Below are positions 39,829-51,989 of a DNA stretch of 64,000 nt, piece by piece. How positions within the stretch are numbered: position 1 is the stretch's first letter; every line of letters begins with the position of its first letter. This DNA comes from Ruditapes philippinarum (Eukaryota), in assembly GCF_026571515.1 (NCBI RefSeq), contig NW_026858374.1, positions 1 through 64,000 on the forward strand. Reading direction: 5' to 3'. The notes beneath the pieces are model-generated. The model did not search any database, had not been told where the DNA came from, and saw only the letters and a list, made by a program, of their open reading frames with translations. Made by a program: the position numbers and the translations under genes.

Positions 39829-41590
39829 CTAATCTTCCTTCAGTAAAATACCAGTGAAAGCGCCTGAAGTAAATGAATGAAAGTAACTATATCGCCATCC
39901 CGCATTCTGAATCCAAACTTGACTCCCTGCATGCATATATGTAATAATTGAATCACCACCTTTTGCTCGTACCCCTCCTTTGTATGGACAACTGTCCATA
40001 AATTGTTGTAATCCAACAATGGAAGAACCGGTTAAAAGATGCTTACTTTCTCTTAAGCAACTTATTTTCTCTACGGTTGCATTATCTGGCCTGTTTATGT
40101 TTGTACTTTGGAATACGACAGAATTATTGTTACTAAAGACAGAAATATCTACATACATACTGGAAAGTGTTGTCTTACTGATGGATTTGTTATTCAGTTG
40201 TAGTTCTATCTTACCAAATTCACCGTCAATTTCAATGAAATATATAAACAGATAAACACCACTCACTGGAGCTTTGAAAATGCCTGAACTAATATCGTAC
40301 CCATTCATGTTATTGTACGTAATCTCGTCAAACACGACGGGTTCATGCTCATTAAATGACGGGGGTCTGTATACTTTATTAGTCAGTCTTGCAGAAAAAG
40401 TACTCCTATAACCTGAAAGACACACCTTAAATATTTTAATAGCTTTTCTTAATTCAATTGAAATGAAGACAGGAAGTCAATTTATACTGCAAAATAAAAT
40501 AGCTCTCGGTTACAAGGACATTTTGCATACTTATTTAAGCAAATTATGGCTGTATTTTATATCAAAGTACGCAATGTTCCTTCTATATATTGGCGAAACA
40601 ATGATTTTAAAAGTCCATTTACACGAAACCAGTATCTGGTGTGTCCGCATCGTATATAGATTTACTATGAAGTGTTTCTAAATATTTTTTTCTCCCAAAT
40701 AAACAGATCACATTAACTTCTACAATTTGAATCTTACTTTTCATGTCATTAACCCTGCCATGACATTTTGGCAGCTGACACGTCGCAATATCTGTATCAT
40801 ATCCAGTACAAAAACGTCCGTTTGATGTGGGTGTCGGTTTTGTGCATGTCCGGAAACGTGATTTTGATCCACTTCCGCATGTGACGTCACATGAAGACCA
40901 GTCAGACCACTGGGCCCAGTTCCCGTCAACTGAAAAGTGCGAATAATTTTCAAGCTGCGTCCTTGTACCACAATAGTTATCTTCGATATTATGGCCTAAT
41001 AATCTAAATTCCTCAAAGTCTAACAGAACAATATCAAAGTAAACTATACTTTCGTTGCAATGGATATAGGTGTCACCCCGGTATAGAATAAGGTCCGGTC
41101 CGTTGTAGTATAGAAAATCTTTGATAAGACAGTTAAACCTGATAATAGTAACACATATTTAAAGTTCTTAAAAAGTTGAAGGGTTGACATTATTCACATG
41201 TGTGTTAATTGACTAAATTAGCACTGACGTTTACGTTATCGTAAGCGGATATCTTTGTCAGATATATAGTATCAAAAACTGTAAAATTATTTGGCAGACA
41301 TCTTTAGGCAAACAAAAAATGATGTCATGTGAGTTAGTTTAGAGGTTAATGTACTTACCTTGGTTTATGGGTGCATATATCACAAATGTGGTAATTATAC
41401 CAATAACTGCAGCGTACATTAAAATCATCATCACAAGTGCTGTGTACATTAAACATTTTATCCGAGATAACCTATTGTCAGAAAGGCAATTTTCGTCTTC
41501 TACACTCGCCCTTTTAGCATCAGTTCCTATCCTTACAGTACCGGTATTTAACACAGTGTTTTCGTAGACCACAATCTCCTCGCGTTGCAT
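39829..41590 (-). CDS. Type II membrane TSP1-gC1q protein, paralog B (335 aa; exons 41590-41359, 40929-40738, 40412-39829)
   Basis: MQREEIVVYENT plus TM; TSP1 VDGNWAQWSDWSSCDVTCGSGSKSRFRTC (frame not shown in the ORF track); gC1q STFSARL...GYDISSGIFKAPVSGVYLF...AFTGILL. GT-AG phase-1 introns; 1008 nt in frame. Confidence 0.92.
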
Positions 41591-41711
41591 TATAAACACT
41601 TTGTGAGCAATGGAGAACTAGATTTTAAGTTGACGGTTAGAGTCCAAACTTTACTTGTATCGAATAGAATATTATAATACTAGTATACCGTTTCAAATGA
41701 ATGAAAATCTA

Positions 41712-41725
41712 AAAACTTCCTTGTT
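41712..41725 (-). promoter_or_regulatory. Conserved ETS-like site (AGGAAGT) ~122 nt upstream of the paralog B ATG
   Basis: aaaacttccttgtt in an otherwise diverged upstream region. Confidence 0.5.
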
Positions 41726-44053
41726 AGGTGAATTTACCTACACATGAACAGCAGTTATTAATCGAGTAATGCACACGCATTATAATAGTACAGTTGAATA
41801 GCGATGATTCAATGTTAGGAGTTCAAGTTTTCCACCGTGGCAACGCTTCCTGAAGGCACTGTAGACACGTGCCTACACTTTTTCGCTGAAATGATAGATA
41901 TAATGAATATAAAATGCAATAAGGATAATGGCGTCCAGATATGTAGAAAATGATCAATAGTCATATTCGAAAACAAGTCCGTAATTGAGTTTTATCTTAT
42001 TTTATAACGAAAGCGATGCCTTTTGGATGAAGCATTGACATCTTGTCTGTCATACCATTTTCCCTTGAGGTATTCATAATTTTATTTTTTGTATGTTAGC
42101 TCGTGGGTTCTCTAACGTTGAACAAAACACATAGTAGTGACGAAACCAAACAAGGTCATAAAGTCGATTTCAAATAAACGTGAAACATACTCTGTGTTAA
42201 TACATCTCGGTAACGATTTAAGTATGTATTGTAACTACATTGTATATACACAAGTAAAATCTTCGTATACACAGCAAAATCTTTATTAGCACAGTGGTAA
42301 AGCGTTTGCCTTTTGAACTAGCGATGCGATTCATTCTTTTTTTCTCCCTTTTTTAAAATTACTTCACGCAAAATTGTTCATTCAAACTGAATATATATTT
42401 GAGAGTGAATAGTTCTTCCGGATTCTTTTGTTGACTTTGCGATCAGAATGACGAGCTGTTTTATTTGCGTAGAAACCGTACTTATTGAATTACTGGAGGT
42501 ATGAAATAGAGAAAAACAGAATCCCTTAAGAAAGCCAACACGGCAAAATTGAAAATGTTGCAGGTTGGGTGTGATTAAGTCTGTTCATGGGCGGTAGTGA
42601 TACATGTAATTGCAAGCTGCCTTCAACGACACGTTAGTGCCACATTGAAGTTTACTTTGTCTACTTTACGTTAACAATCAGTTTTATGTATTTTGTTTCA
42701 CCATAAACATTAAATCGAGAATTTCATTTATAAATATTGGGTCATTATATCTTATTGATAAAATACATCAAACGCTGTTTGTGTGACAACAGATATTTTA
42801 TCACAAGTTATTATTTTACTGTGTGTTCCTTTGACTCCTAGGTGTCTTACCGATTGTCCTATGACTATGTATCAAGGTGTTTTGCGACTGCTTTTAGTTA
42901 ATGACCCTCTTTCTTTTTGATCATTGTTTTCATTTTCTTTCTAATTACATTTTTAGACAATCTTAATAATCACTTTAAAAGATATAAGCCTTTTTGTCGC
43001 TATGCGAATGAATTTTGATGTTTACTAAAACTTTTGCATACATTTGTTTTTATTGCATAGTTCTAGATTCATATATCGTTACTCCAACGATATACATGTT
43101 CCGCAAATGGCTCCTTTTTGCAAAAATGTCACTAACAATAGTTTTGCGCTAAGTTAGTTATAAGTAGAAACATATTTATATTGATAGAACATCTTTTAAT
43201 GTTATCAAAATGCTGCAATAATAATGTATTCTCTTCCTGCTGAACATGCCTAAAATACCTCAGAATGCAGCTATGCCAATGTAGAATTTCAAAAAAATCG
43301 GGGAAGCATGCCCTCGGACTCCCCAATTACACTAGTGCCTACACATTGGTTAAATTATTATCTAGATAATTAATGAAAGTTTTAAGAGCAGTGTAAAATG
43401 TTTATTTGGAGGAAGTTTACAGATCACAAGTATCCGAGAAATTTAACTAGAAAGTTTGTTTCTGATACTCCTTTAGATTATTTTAGATAGATGTTAATCA
43501 AGATTCAAGTAATATTTTACATATAATGTGGGATTAATGACAGATTTTTCAGTATTAACGACTAAATTTCTACTGCAGTAAATTTATGCATATTTTGACC
43601 ACTTAATGGTAATTTACGTGGTTTGTAAGTGCCATTGATAACGTGTAAATTGCTTCCTTTTGGTTACTTCACAATATTACACATTCAAATACATTTTCAA
43701 AATTTTCATGAAAAGTAGCATGAATCTGGAGGCGTGCTGCTTTAAGTGCATCATTTCAATCTGCAATTAATAAAGTCAAAACTAAGTCAGACACACATTA
43801 TTAGAAAACATTTATAGTAAAAAATAGTGATAATAATAAAAAATGTAAGAATATAATGATCGTATCTTGTATATATAATACACATGAACCGTACCAAAAT
43901 TGATTTAATAAATAGTTTTGAACATATTTCTAAATATTGACAACTTTGTTTTCCTTTTCCTTCTAAAAGTCAGTGGTATGGAATTAAATATGGTAAGTAA
44001 ATATCGGACATTTTACACTTTTCAGAAATATCATTTATATTATTATACTAATT

Positions 44054-45567
44054 TTAGAGCGGCAAATGAGATGAAATTGTGTCTTGTATCTTTGAACTTT
44101 CGACCAGTAAAACTCCTGTGAATGTAGTACCATCTGGCTGAATGTGGATGGGCAGTCTCCCTGAATTTTGGACCCAGACTTCACTTCCTGCATTGACAAA
44201 TATCACAACAGAATTACCACCTGCCGTTTTTATTTCACTTTCAAAAGGACATGTTTTGATATCTATTTCTATTTTATCAATTTTGTTAAAACCAGCTGCA
44301 CTATAACGTCCTCTGAAACATCTTATTTCGTCCATAACTGAGTTTTCTGTTTGGTTTAAATTTATGTTTTTGAATACAAAAGAATTGTCTCTACCAGTTA
44401 TGTAAATCTCCGTAAATATACCATAAAGAGTTGTCGCACTGACAGATTTGTTATTCATTCTCAGTTCTACTTCCCCATATGCGTCGGTAATTTGTATGAA
44501 ATACATAAAAAGATAAACGCCACTCACTGGGGCTTTGAATATACCCGATCTATTGTCGTATCCACTCATGTAATTAGTCGTAACCTCGTTAAACACTACA
44601 CGTTTATCTTGGTTTACTGCCGGCGCCCTGTTCGAAAGTCTTGTGGAAAAACTTACATGATGTCCTGAAAGATACGCATCAGATATTTATATCGCAAACA
44701 GAAAAAGAAGCAAACTCAAAGTTTTTAGTTCACTTTATGTTATCCGCAAACAAGTAAAGTATTGATATTAATAGTCATGACCTATAAAATTATGACATGT
44801 TTTAAGGTAAAATGTGTTAAGGACAGTCATTGAAATAACGATCCCTTTATTCAGTAGTCAATACATCTTAAAGTTTGAGATAAACATCTCCTCAAAAAGG
44901 CAAAAACAACTTACGAATAATGTCACTGCTGTCAACCAAACATTCAGGCAATTGGCAGGCTGAAATATCTGTAACTTTTCCAGCACAATGAATACCGTTT
45001 GCTGTTGGTGTCGGTTTTGTGCATGTCCGAGACCTGGACTGTGAACCATACCCACACGTGACGTCACAAGAAGACCACTGCAACCAAGCAGACCAGTTCC
45101 CGTCAACTAAAATATTCAAGTTGTATGTTTTACACACACATATATATATTTGTAATATTTGTAAGTAGGTCAAACTCTATTAAATGGCTTTCTACCCCTC
45201 CCCCACACACCTTTCACGTGGTAATTAATATATACGCTGTATGTATATACTTAGTAAAGAATGTAATGAAAATCTTTATACATATTTTTTATCACCAATG
45301 CGAACAAAATAAGCTGAAGTTATTGTAAGTATACTAACCTTGATTGACAGGAATATTTATCGAAAATATGATGATAAAGACAAAAACTGCGACATAAAGT
45401 ATTATCATCATCACAAGCATAGTGATCACCAAATATGTCATCCGATTTAAGACATTATCGGAATGGCTCGTTTTGTCTTTGATGACTTCCATTTTTGTTT
45501 CGTTTGTTCCTATCCCTTTTGTATTTAATCTTGTGTTCTCATACATCACATTTTTGTCACTCTGCAT
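44054..45567 (-). CDS. Type II membrane TSP1-gC1q protein, paralog C (343 aa; exons 45567-45339, 45106-44915, 44664-44054)
   Basis: MQSDKNVMYENT plus TM; TSP1 VDGNWSAWLQWSSCDVTCGYGSQSRSRTC; gC1q VSFSTRL...TTFTGVLL with a ~13-aa C-terminal extension relative to A. GT-AG phase-1 introns; 1032 nt in frame. Confidence 0.92.
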
Positions 45568-45691
45568 TTTAGCAAATTTACTATCAAAGCCTGTTACTTT
45601 ATTTTAAAATTTATATCTTTATAGACTTGGTAAAATTAGAGATAAATTGGCTGATGAACAAGTCACAGTTTAATACGCAGAATAAAGTTTT

Positions 45692-45706
45692 AAAACTTCC
45701 GTGTTT
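45692..45706 (-). promoter_or_regulatory. Conserved ETS-like site (CGGAAGT) ~125 nt upstream of the paralog C ATG
   Basis: aaaacttccgtgttt, identical to the paralog A site. Confidence 0.5.
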
Positions 45707-47639
45707 TAGACTTTACCTAACTCATGCTTGACTGCGTGAATGTTGGTGTTAACTCTAAGAATGTATACGAATTGTTACCCAAAACTGTGATGTTTATCAA
45801 AAACCTATGCATAAATAATGAAGACTACAAAATAGTGTAATGCATATGTAACATTTTGTACTATTACCGGTATTAAGTCTAAAATGCGTAGCTGTGGGCA
45901 TTGCATTTTCTGAGGAAAAAAATCCTTCTTTAAGTCAATGTAATAGAATGTGGCTCGGCTATGAGGTTGCATGACTTGTATAGAGATACCCTAAGCAATT
46001 CTACGTATGAATCATATCCTAGATCATATTAGATTTGTTTAGGACCACCTGAGGATAATTTCTGTGGGAAATGTTCTATGATAGTAATTATAGCCTTTTC
46101 CGAAAAGAGTTTACAATGAACGTGTCTGTTATATTTAACACACATGCCATGAGTTATACGTTAACAGAATGACATCTTCCGGAGCACAATATTTAAGTAT
46201 TGTTTTTAATGGGGTTTTAACTGTATAATATAATGACATTTTGTATGTTACTGAATCAGGGTCACTTCGCTGTGAAAAATGATGAAATATTTTAAAGTCA
46301 TTAGCAATAAACCTTTCCTTAGGAGTAAGCACTAGCAGTTTCTGTGCACAAGAATGTGTCAAGCACTGGTGAACTGCTTGACAACTTATCGTGGAACGTT
46401 GCAGTGTCTGAATAGCCCCCGTTACCTCCCATATAAGATTATAAAGGGTAAAATTAGATTGTTTCTATACTTTTATTGTTTATTTCCGAAAGAAATTTAT
46501 GACCATTAGAATGTACCTCTTACTTAACACGCATGAAAACCCTGTTTCAACAGGATTCGTAAAGATTTAGTTCAGGCGCCATTCGGTCATAGTGGTATAT
46601 ACAAAAATATTTCTTACATATATGTCTATTTTAGAATTATTCGTTTTCAAAATTCAACTACAGTTTTTTATCGAATGTATAGATTTAAACTTTTTAAATG
46701 GAAACATATAAAACACACACCCACACAAAAACAATCAACGTCTGGGACTCATATTTATCCGATATATGTCGACTATTTGAAATATACTAAGCTCATTTGT
46801 GATGTCAAAGCTCAACGTTTGTGATAACAAATTTCAGAGATAATTGGATTATAAATTTCTTTCTTCATGCTTTTCGAATTCCAAGACCAAAGATTGAATT
46901 ATAACATTCACGCTTTATCCAATTCCGTCGAATCAGAAGATAAGAATATCCGATAATGACATAAAAATCGCCTTACAACAGTCATTCATTGTGCAGTTTG
47001 AATTTCAAGATCAAACACCACACTTAGAGCACTTCGGAATAAAGAAAAGTTTTATTTCGTTTGTTATAATTTATGGCCGCATTTAAGAATCATAGATCAT
47101 TATGTGTGAGTGCTAAGACTAGTTATATATTTTTTGTCAAGTGATTTAACATACATTTTTCAAGTATTCGTAATTTCCACCATATTATATCCCTTTTTTA
47201 CAAATGAAAAATTTTACAATAAAATTTAGATATTAAATCCGTGATGTTAAGCAACCATTTTGTACTCTCATACATATATTCATAATTATGTTGAATTATA
47301 AACAAGAGTTTTTCTACACTTGTTGATATATCAAATACTGGACAGTAGAAATGTTTTCAGTAAAGTATTTATTTTATTACTATTATTTCCTTCATCGTTG
47401 TCATAATCCATAAAATTCAATCTTACAATTAATAAGAATTTCTTCACAAAGCTTTTGTCATGCTTATCATAATCAATTCATGCATAAGTAATGAAGACTA
47501 CAAAAAATTAATATCGCAGTATCGCTGAGCAAAAGAATTAAATCAGGAAGAGATATTAATATAAAATCAAAGCTCGCTAAAATGCATACATGGTGACACG
47601 AACATAACAGTGTGGCTCTGCATGCACTATCAAATGCAC

Positions 47640-47880
47640 GCACACGACACAAGAATAACAAGTTGGTAGTCCAGTTCAAACGTCCTAATATGCACGTATG
47701 GTGACGTAAGCATAACAATTTTGCAGTTCAACCACCTAACATGCACACATTGTGACGTAAGCATAACAAGTTTAAGAGGGCCAACATTCACGCATTGAAG
47801 CGTAAGCATAACAATTTGGCAGTTCAAGAACCCTACATCACACAGTGTGGCGTATGCATAACAAATTAACAGTTCGAGAT
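47640..47880. repeat. ~52-55-bp degenerate minisatellite, 4-5 copies, just 3' of the channel gene
   Basis: Recurring gacgtaagcataacaa(t/g)tt...agttca. Confidence 0.75.
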
Positions 47881-48021
47881 GGCTTACATGTTCTAATACA
47901 TGAACATACCCACATTGTTACAGCATTTAATGACGTCTTCATGTGTCACGGTTGATTTTAAGCCGCTTTTACATTTACCAGCGTTAATATGTAACGCAAT
48001 GTCACAATTCAATCAAATCAT

Positions 48022-49546
48022 TTAATTATTAAAAGCGCTATCTTTATTTTTTGATAGGAGCGAAAGGAAAACAGCGTTGATGATAATAGTGCATAATAAG
48101 AAAAACGCCATTGCAATTAAATCAATGCCTGAACTGATGTGTTGCCACGTTATTTCAGGTTCATTTATGCTCGCTTTATTCTCGGCTGGAATGCTACATT
48201 CATCCTTAATGTCCACTGGTTTAACTTTGTTGTTTATATCTATCTTCTCTCCGAACTTACAAGGGAAACATAATAATATTCTGAATGTACTTCGTAGACA
48301 AGCTGGTACTTGGCTTGTCTTAAAATAAATACTCAGATTCAGTAAGGTTACCACGGTCATGAGCGTGCTCAAGATCAAAAGAATCATCAAATAGTAGCTT
48401 AGAATCGGCACCGGTTCTGACGTCTTGGGAAGATTATCTCCAACAAGGGTCATGAAGACAGCTAGAGCTAGTAACACTGTAACGGAATACCCAACTCTCT
48501 CACCTGATTCAGCTGGTAGTATGAACACTAGAATATTTATTATAGACATAAAGACTATAGGAAGAACAACATTAACAATAAGGAACTCGGGCTTGCGTTT
48601 GATTGTGAATATGAAATGTAATGTATCGGATGTGTAATGTTCGCCGGCTGTTCTTTGTACCCTGGTATTTTCCAAATCCCATTCGCCATTTTCTGTGAAG
48701 AAATCAAGCAGCACTTCATCAGCGGTAGGGTGTAAGTATACTTCTGTACCAACGTAGCTCCATACGTTAAACGATAAAATACATATCTGTAACAATAGAT
48801 GCAGTATTGTTATATAATAAATTACATTTGATCTGATTAATTAGAAAGAGCTGAAATCAATAGATTGGTACGATTGACAAATGAAAGCGAAATTTTAAGT
48901 AGTTTAACGCATAATGTTATTTTACCTATTTGAATAAAGAATGCTCTTTCTTATATGTTTTATATGTTATGTGTTGTAGAAATTGTTATGCACCATTTAT
49001 TTTACAGATGCTTCTATGGGAAATCCTAAAACTAAAATGGATATAACTAACCTGAGTATCAAACGGGTAAAATGTGACGTCAGCATTGCAAGAGGTGTCA
49101 AAAACAGCTCCTGGTACAAATGTTGTATGCCCGGAGTTATATATCCTAATTGTCATCCAGTCATCTCCAAGGTCAGACAGCTTTGTGTACGGATTTGTGA
49201 GAACCAGTTTTGGATACCATACGTCGGATAACCTAAATAATGCTGAGTATGCCATTCCATAGTCTTTTGGATCCCAGGTAATGATTTGATCGTTCCATCC
49301 TAGTATAAGAAGACCATACACTGAAAACTTTGCTGCGACTTCGTTAAATTCTTGAATTGTTAATAAATAAAAAGAGACGGTGACGACTACCGGATGACTC
49401 TGATCTGACACTGGGCGTTGTCGGGCGTCATACCCGTCCAGTACATCGCGCATCAGGTCAACTGAATTGTTGTATGAAACACAATATGATATTCTTACTG
49501 ATGATAAACACAGTAGTATAATGACAGCAACATGAACATATCTCAT
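48022..49546 (-). CDS. Divergent nicotinic acetylcholine receptor-like Cys-loop channel subunit, non-alpha type (419 aa; exons 49546-49052, 48786-48022)
   Basis: Signal peptide; GYDARQRPV; WND..I.WDP.DY; VWYPKL; Cys-loop C-NADVTFYPFDTQ|I-C (13 residues, split by a phase-0 GT-AG intron); ENGEW; M1-M3 with PAESGERVGYSVTVLLALAVF; M4. Confidence 0.95.
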
Positions 49547-51989
49547 CCTGTCCGAATAAGAAGCCTTTTAAAACTGACAGTACAAATATTGTTAAAATAT
49601 TTATAATACCAACTAAAATATGTTTGTATCCGTGCTTCTTTGTTGAAGTTCTAATGCCTTTTATTCAATATTATGTTGAAAATATAATTATTTGTCAAAC
49701 AATTTGGACAAAATCCATGAAATGTTTATCATAACAAGTACACACTACCGTTAATAATTTCTCAAAGAAGTGCATTACGTTGATATGTGGCAACCTCTAA
49801 CTTTCAAAATATCTATTGGGATTTAAAATTTAAAGGTTACGGACAAAATGTCTTACTATTGTAGTTTTATCGGTTTTCAAAAACGCTTCTATTGAAGTGA
49901 AAGGAGTTATTTTGTAATCGGATTGTTGTTCAAAAACTGTTCATTGTATGAAAAAAAAGAATTTATAGATAAATATTAGTAAATACAGGTAATTTAAGAC
50001 GCATAGAAATGAATGGTTTAATTTGAGTACATCTTCGCACAGCAATAGAAAGCATATTGATTTATAGCCTAATTAAAAAGAAGTAAATACACTAATGAGA
50101 ATAATGGACATTTTTTTCAGCGTGAGATATTTTTTGAACTTTTAGTAGATGTAGTTAACAAAATATATATGACAAAATATAGAAGGTAAGAAAAGCTATT
50201 ATCAAACGGGATAATTGAAACTCTACAGTATTAAAAGAAAGGCTTGTACATTTTCATAAAATATCTGCTTTTCGTATGGTCATCCACACCGCCAAGAAAC
50301 AAACAAACAAACATGTAAATACTACTGTATGCTGGACAAAAAAAATACTTTAAAAAAATCAAATAGTAGGCACTGGGAAAGATTCGATCGCCACTGTCTA
50401 TCGAGTGTTGATTCAGGTTTCAAAATAAAGTTCGCCAGTTAAATAAATCGATCAGTAATGTTAATACTGCCAGCGGAGATAATTGTTTAAACAGTTATTA
50501 TTACATTAAGGCGTAGACTTATCGGAATTGTTTCTCTTTAATGCGGCTTTTAAAGAATAACTAGAGAAATATTTTATAAAAATAAATTTCTATTTTGCCA
50601 TGCAAGTAGGAACTCGTGCAATATTGTACGTATATACAAGCAAAATTAGGTTCAATATGTGCCAAGGCAATAGGTGAATTACGTACATAAAACATATGAA
50701 AATTTAATCTTTAATATTACATATATTCAGACTTATGGTCTTATTAGGATAAAATATTATAACATCAGTTTATAGTAATATTTGAAGGTTATAATAAAAT
50801 TGTTTAAACATGTTCATACGTAAAAATGTAAATAAAGTGGTCATGAAATATATACCTTGATAATTATATCCATAACTAAGACCATCCGCAATTAATACCC
50901 CTTAAGTCCAGTCCCTTTGTTGGTCTTAACAGTGGGTTTTCACTGTATATATAAAACGTGTTTGCAAGTAAATGTCCTGATGAACGGCAGCAAGCTAGAA
51001 TATTGCTTGTTGCTTGCATGCAGCAGGTGCAGCAGATGCACGGCTATTCAGCATGAGTAATCGCTGGTGTATGATACACGATTTCAGCGCAGTATGAGCG
51101 AGGCGATAGCGCCGTGAAAGCGCTAAGAACGAAGTAGAAGCGCGGTCCGAACGCAGACAATCGCTGTAAGAACGCAGTACAAGGCCGTGGAAGCTCCGTA
51201 GCAACGCAGTGATTGCCGTGAGGACGTCGTGAAGTCTCCATGTCATCAAAAATTTCAGATTTGTCTTGCGAGCTCGTGATGCTTCCTAAATCAATAAACG
51301 CCGTGCAAACGCAGAAGAAGCGCAGTCTAGTGTGACAGGGTCTTTACAAATATTAGTTCTACTGAAACACAGACGAAACGCCTTTGTTTTTTGTTGTTGT
51401 TTTTTATTGTTTTTTACGGTGGGGCTTTGTTGTTGTTGTTCTTCTTCTTGTTGTTATCAAAGTATACTGGCACATGAAGTCATATTTTCAATAAGACGTA
51501 GATACAATACGGTTTTAATTATGATAAAAAACAATATTGATAAACAAGTATTTTATTTCAAAACCATGCAATTCTGCCTGTAAAGTATTTAAACAAAACA
51601 GGAATTCCTGCATTATTTTCTCCTCATTGAGCATTTATCACCAAAGCGAATATTAATCAATAAATGACTTATTCTCATGGTCAATACAAGTTAATGTTGC
51701 ATATCGGGGAGTTAAATTGTACATGTCAAATGACTCATCATTAAATTGTTGTATTTGCTATTAATTGAGACGTTAAACAAATTGAAAATTTGACTCTCAT
51801 CTTTGTGTTTTCAAGTGATAGATTTGTGAGCGATTTGTTTTTAAATAAATCTTATTATCTAATGAGAACGTAAATCTGATAGTATATAAGTTGTATTCAA
51901 GTGAAGAAAAAGCACAACTATTGTTAAGAGCAAGAGTAGCCCGTTATTTGTATATCTTTTTAGATATAGTATTGGTAAGTTTTATATCT

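Noticed and set aside
48077-49262. Plus-strand ORFs overlapping the channel gene (similar ones overlap the C1q genes)
   Set aside because: Antisense shadows of real coding exons.
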